From Tubulanus polymorphus (Eukaryota > Animalia > Nemertea): a stretch of 64,000 bases of DNA. This document shows positions 59,106 to 64,000 of this stretch, one piece after another. The DNA is taken from the NCBI RefSeq assembly GCF_964204645.1, contig NW_027437457.1, positions 34,127 through 98,126 of the forward strand. The letters are read 5' to 3'. How positions within the stretch are numbered: the stretch's first letter is position 1; every line of letters begins with the position of its first letter. The position numbers and the translations under genes were made by a program. The notes beneath the pieces are model-generated. The model did no database searches. It saw only the letters and a program-made list of their open reading frames with translations, and was not told where the DNA came from.

Positions 59106-60259
59106 CATCCTCTATCCGTCGATTGATATCTGAGATAAACATTCATAATAATAATGATAGCAATAAGTGTCTTATATGTCACTAAAAACACCTCACATAA
59201 AATCCTCACACGGTTACAGAAATGTGAAGCCAATGAACTCGACACGGATTGAGTAGAGAGTAGAGGCTTAGTGATGCGTGTAACTGAGTGTGGAAGATGA
59301 GTTGCATTTCAGTCTAACATGTAGTTAATTCAGGACGAAGTTCATTTTGGTCGATATTAATGCTTATTGTAATTTTCAGTGACATGTAGGTAGTGACGTT
59401 ACTTAAGTCTTTTCTGGGACATTACATAAATATGTGTGATCAAATACCTCTGCATTATAATCGAACATTTATTTCATTCTTTGATCGGATGTTGATTGCG
59501 TAGGTAAAAATTATTCTGAATTTGTGTTTTACTGGTGCCATTTGATTTCGTTTTTTGAGGGACACCTTATTAAGGATTTGATGGGGCCAGAATACTTTCC
59601 AGTGTTGGACTTACTTGGATACTGCGCCAATGTCTCTCCGCTGCATCCCTAGTCAAGCGGTGATAGTCATGTAAGTGTTCTCTGAAATTGCCCCGGATTT
59701 GGGCCTCGCAATACACGCAAAATACCATTTTGATCCGATCTGATTATAACTGTGCGCGGGATATTTCAATAATGGCACGATCTATTGTGACAGGGGAGAT
59801 ACGTAAGCTATTGCGACCGACGACCGGTAGGCGACGTAAAAATTTTTAGAAATTGGAACAATCGATTGCTAAAATCAATAAACGCGTGCGGATTGACCGA
59901 GCGCTCCCTCGCAAAATAGCTATAATGCTTTTAGATAGGGCCGATGCTTCGTCCAAAAAAATGTCCGCATCTCAGCCGATGATTATAGGATTCGAAGCTA
60001 ACATGGCTATATGTACATGTTGTACAAAACTTTTAAATAAAGGGAACTCGAGAACCCGATTTTATTTAACGTTCACCAATGTTGAAGAACCCGAAAATGA
60101 AATGAGCTAACGTTTTACAGTGTACATCCTCTATTCATCACTTTGAATCACTTTAGGGAATGCCGGAATACCGTGTTATGACAGGTTATGACAATGTTAG
60201 GGAATACCGTGTTATGACTTGTTATCGACTGGTCAGCACACTGACGGGATGTATCTACA

Positions 60260-60950
60260 ACTCCCAGTGGCCTAGTGGTAGCGTTTACGGCTACCATGGT
60301 GTAGGTCGCATGATCGAATCCCGCTGGTGATGTGTTTGGGCTAGCGAGGTGTTCCTACAGTGATTGCAAGGGTTGTTTTTTGATCAGTTGATTCTGCTTA
60401 ATTGTTTTTTTAAACACAAATCTTTTATTTATCCAGTACACTGGGACTGTGTTGAAATCACACTCGCCATCTGGTAATTACTGGGTTCGAACCCGGGACA
60501 CCCCTGTACATTCTCTATTCAGCATCAGGATCACGCTGACAGCATCAGTAATTACTGGGTTTTAACCCGGGATACCCCTGTACATCTTCTATTTAGCATC
60601 AGGACCGCTATGAATCAGTATCAGTAATTACTGGGTTCGAACCCGAGACACCCCTGTACATCCTCTATTCAGCATCAGGACCGCTATGAATCAGTATCAG
60701 TAATTACTGGGTTCGAACCCGGGACACCCCTGCACATCCTCTATACAGCATCGGGATCACGCTTAATCAGCATCAGTAATTACTGGGTTCGAACCCATGG
60801 TGCAGGTCACAGGATCCAATCCCGCTGGGAATATTTTTGGGCCGGCGAGGTGTTAATACAGTGATTGCAAAGGTTGTTTTTTGATCAGTTGATTCTGCTT
60901 TATTGTTTTTGTTTTTAAACACAATTCGTTTATTTATCCAGTACACGCCG
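60260..60950 (+). mobile_element. tRNA-derived SINE-like element, internally duplicated and interrupted by 76-bp units
   Basis: A box TGGCCTAGTGG, B box-like GATCGAATCC; 60295-60441 repeated at ~60796-60945. Confidence 0.6.
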
Positions 60951-61059
60951 CTTTATTCGATAGCGTTGCAACAGATGTAGATAAATTACCTAAGTTCACA
61001 ATGAGGGACATATAAAGTTTTTTGAATAGAGTATAGCAAAAATTCGTTGGCCTAGAGTG

Positions 61060-62480
61060 AAGGGTTAGGGGACCCCACTAGTGCACGGGCAGCGGGTTAT
61101 CCCTGTAGTATGAGTTAATTGTTGTGGTGAGGCGGTCTACGGGACGTTCATGCCTCGGGGCGCGTTCGTGTCGAGTCGTCGTATCCAGTCTTGTTCGGCT
61201 GCTTCGCGGATCGGTCTCGTGGAGCCTGGTAGGTGTTGGAGACCGTACACCCGAAAGTGTTCGCGGGTGTGGTCGACTTGGTTGATGTGGTCCGAGACTG
61301 GAGTCGAATTCTTCGTTCTGATGCGTGAGACGTGATGAGTGACGCGTTCTCGTAGAGACACTCCGGTTTGGCCGACGTACAGCATGTTGCACTTGGTGCA
61401 TTCGATGCAGTATACAATTTCACGGGTCGCGCAATTAATTGTGCTGCGGATCGCGTGCATTTTGTTGTGGCTGCGGCAAACGGTTGTTTCTCGGACGAGT
61501 GGACACGTACGACATCTCGGTGTTCTGCATTTCTTGGTGCCTCGACGTCGGGTTGACGGAGTTCTTTGAGTAGACCTGGAAATAGAAGAATTGGAAACAA
61601 CGGAAGTATTTCTGTTACGATGCGATGAAGAGGGGACTCGGGGAGGGGGTGGCTCCGTGGGTTTGAGCTGCGACGAAGTTAGGAGATCTTTGAGACTCTT
61701 GTGCTTGGTGTAGGCGGTGACCGTGGTTACCTCGTCAGACCGGCCGGTGGCCGTAGCCAGTTCCGTAAATCTGGTTCGGATGTTACGGGCTAGGGTTCGG
61801 TTGGCTTCGGAGTGAGGTAAGATAAGCGGTAAACGCTTTTTCGGCGGTTCGTTGGCCCGTTGTTGTTCTCGTAGATCTCGTTCGGCGTGGTGCCGTAGAG
61901 CTTGGCTTTTGATGTGTCGCAGTTCGCGGTCTTTGTAGCCACGACCTCTGAGTACTTTAAGGACGGTTCCGGACGCTGCGTGTAGGTCCGAATCGTTATT
62001 GCAGATGCGCCGGAACCGGAGAATTTGACTTTTAACTATACCGGAAAATGTGTGTTTAGGGTGAAACGAGGATCGATGTAGTAATTGGTGCGAATCGGTT
62101 GGTTTGAAGTAGACTTAGGTGTCTACTGTACCACTTGTCTCGAATCGCGGGCCTTTGAAAGTGGATTCGTCCAGGAAGTTGACGCTGGTGTCGCTGATTT
62201 CGAACTTGAGTTTGATGGATCGGCTCACTGTTCGTAGGACGTCGATGAATTGCATCAACGTTTCGCGGCCGTGTTCCCAAACTATGTAGATGTCGTCGAT
62301 GAACCGAGCGTATAGCGATGGTTGGAGTTCGCTTCTGGACAGACCTTCTTTTTCCCATTCGACGGGTGACTCCGGGTGATCGGCTGCAAGTAGTAGTCGA
62401 TCCATTCTGAAATTTCGGAGCCGCAGTCGGAGACGATCGGTCTCCCGGGCGATACGCGATCGGGTACCGTCCACTTCTAG
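61060..62480 (-). mobile_element. 5'-truncated Penelope-like retroelement (RT C-terminus plus GIY-YIG endonuclease) with one in-frame stop at 62115-62117
   Basis: YARFIDDIYIVW, VNFLD, VYFKPTDSHQLL..SSFHPKH, C-x4-C-x2-C linker, IVYCIECTKCNMLYVGQT...LRER..HH, PRGMN. Confidence 0.9.
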
Positions 62481-62772
62481 GGCTATATTTCGAGCATATT
62501 ACGTAGTATTGCCTAACACCGGCATAAGAGCATTTATCCGGGTAAAAACAAAAAGAAAATGGCTGACATTTCGATCTAATTTCAAGAACTCATAGGATTT
62601 CTTGACGCAAATATAAATAATTGAAAAATATATTCGCGATTCACATCACAGGAAATAACAAAGATGCAGTTGTTACAGGCTACAGTGGTAATTTACAACC
62701 CTTCCTCCTCCGATACGATATTTTACATCTATGTATTCACAGTGATTGTGCTGGTGTATACTTTGTAAACTT

Positions 62773-63110
62773 TTATTTGCGAAGGGCGTTGATTAAACGA
62801 GAGAAGATAGCTGAAGTTCCCTTAGCAACGGGAGCAAATATATAACGACAAACATCATCACACAGGTTCGATCCCGGAGAATCCTCACAGACACTGGGCG
62901 ATTCAGTGAACTGCACTGAATCAGGGGTAGCCAGCGAACCTTCTAAAATTTTCAAAGTCACTGTACAAAAATTTGGGTCAATATTTTTCGAAATTTATAT
63001 GCAATTTTCATGTTTTTTAGAAAATGAAAATTAATCCATTCTCAAATTATTCATTCAGGTACCCAGACACTTCATATCTAAGATTTGTCTCTTTCGAATA
63101 GGAAGATGCT
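62773..63110 (-). CDS. Possible last two exons (63110-63062, 62960-62773) of an unidentified gene
   Basis: Phase-compatible junction GTCTGG|gtacct...gtacag|TGACT; open to a TAA; no recognisable homology. Confidence 0.25.
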
Positions 63111-63789
63111 CCTTCACAGTGAAAAAGGGTAATTTTTAGAAATAGAAGAACTGCCCCTCAAAATAGCTCTACCGCGATACGGGGCGATCGTGTCCCCCGA
63201 CACGCGTGCACCAGTCAATCGACACGCGTGCACCAGTCAATTCCAAAGGCTTTACAAAAACCATGTGTTCACAGGATTTTTTCACTAGGTGCCTTTTCTT
63301 CAATGATATAGAATATACTAAAATAGATGTATCATTGCCATGATCAATCACCATGTAACCATTGAATAGAAAATATTCTGTTCCTTTGTCCTCCGCTTTT
63401 TGTACAAAGCGACATGTACAAGTCACAATGGATACATTTTCTGATGACAAGAATTTCAACTTAATACGGCTATTTTAATGATTTATCCTGGTAATAGTTG
63501 GAGGTATATTAAATTTATCACTGGGATAGCTGATTTTATCCCGGTGATAAAGTTAACACGAGTTTGAAAAACGCACTCTCCTAGTGATGAAAATATTTAT
63601 CACCGGGAAAACGATTTATGTCCGGGATAGGACTAATCGCCGCTTTGAAAAATGCAGCCCTGAATGATGTCTATCTAGCCTAAGCTAGATCGAGTCTATT
63701 TCCAAAAATTCATGTTTAATTTTTCAACAAATAAAAATAAAAACCTTGCCTGCACTACACTGGGGTAACTACGTTTATTTAGCAAGCCA

Positions 63790-64000
63790 ACAGTTACCCC
63801 AGTGTTGGCCTGTTCAATAAACGCAGTAACCCTAGTGTTGGCCTGGCGAATAAACGCAGTAACCCTAGTGTTGGCCTGCTTAAATAAACGCAGAAACCCT
63901 AGTAATGGCCTGGCGAATAAACGCAGTAACCCTAGTGTTGGCCTGTTTAATAAACGCAGTAACCCTAGTGTTGGCCTGGCGAATAAACGCAGTAACCCTA
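63790..64000. repeat. ~33-bp tandem repeat running off the window
   Basis: aataaacgcagtaaccctagtgttggcctg. Confidence 0.9.

Noticed and set aside
61576-61637. Intron inside the Penelope-like element (pyrimidine tract plus CAG)
   Set aside because: Coordinates show RT and GIY-YIG already share one open frame, and the donor would be weak

Overview
Compact, intron-rich genomic DNA from an invertebrate bilaterian (probably lophotrochozoan; inferred from E78, TTAGGG motifs, CTCF-like motifs and a U12 intron). Most long ORFs in the track are translated minisatellites. Reading GT-AG junctions by hand gives these genes: part of an uncharacterised minus-strand gene, Pur-alpha, YIPF3, RPS11, CWF19L1, nuclear receptor E78, an intermediate-filament/lamin-tail (LMNTD1-like) gene and KIAA2013. 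A transposon-rich tail follows, with a decayed LINE, tRNA-derived SINEs and a Penelope-like element. The most striking pattern is that introns are repeatedly expanded by tandem amplification of a unit that contains the splice site itself. YIPF3 has 26 copies of an acceptor plus exon start, RPS11 has 17, KIAA2013 has 4 in frame, and E78 has a decayed version. CWF19L1 has 12 copies of a whole intron, separated by 11 identical 28-nt micro-exons with authentic splice sites. A second theme is CTCF-consensus motifs: about 60 tandem copies in one intron, four in each copy of a fold-back element, and solo copies near gene ends. Exon coordinates are manual and are not supported by RNA evidence.
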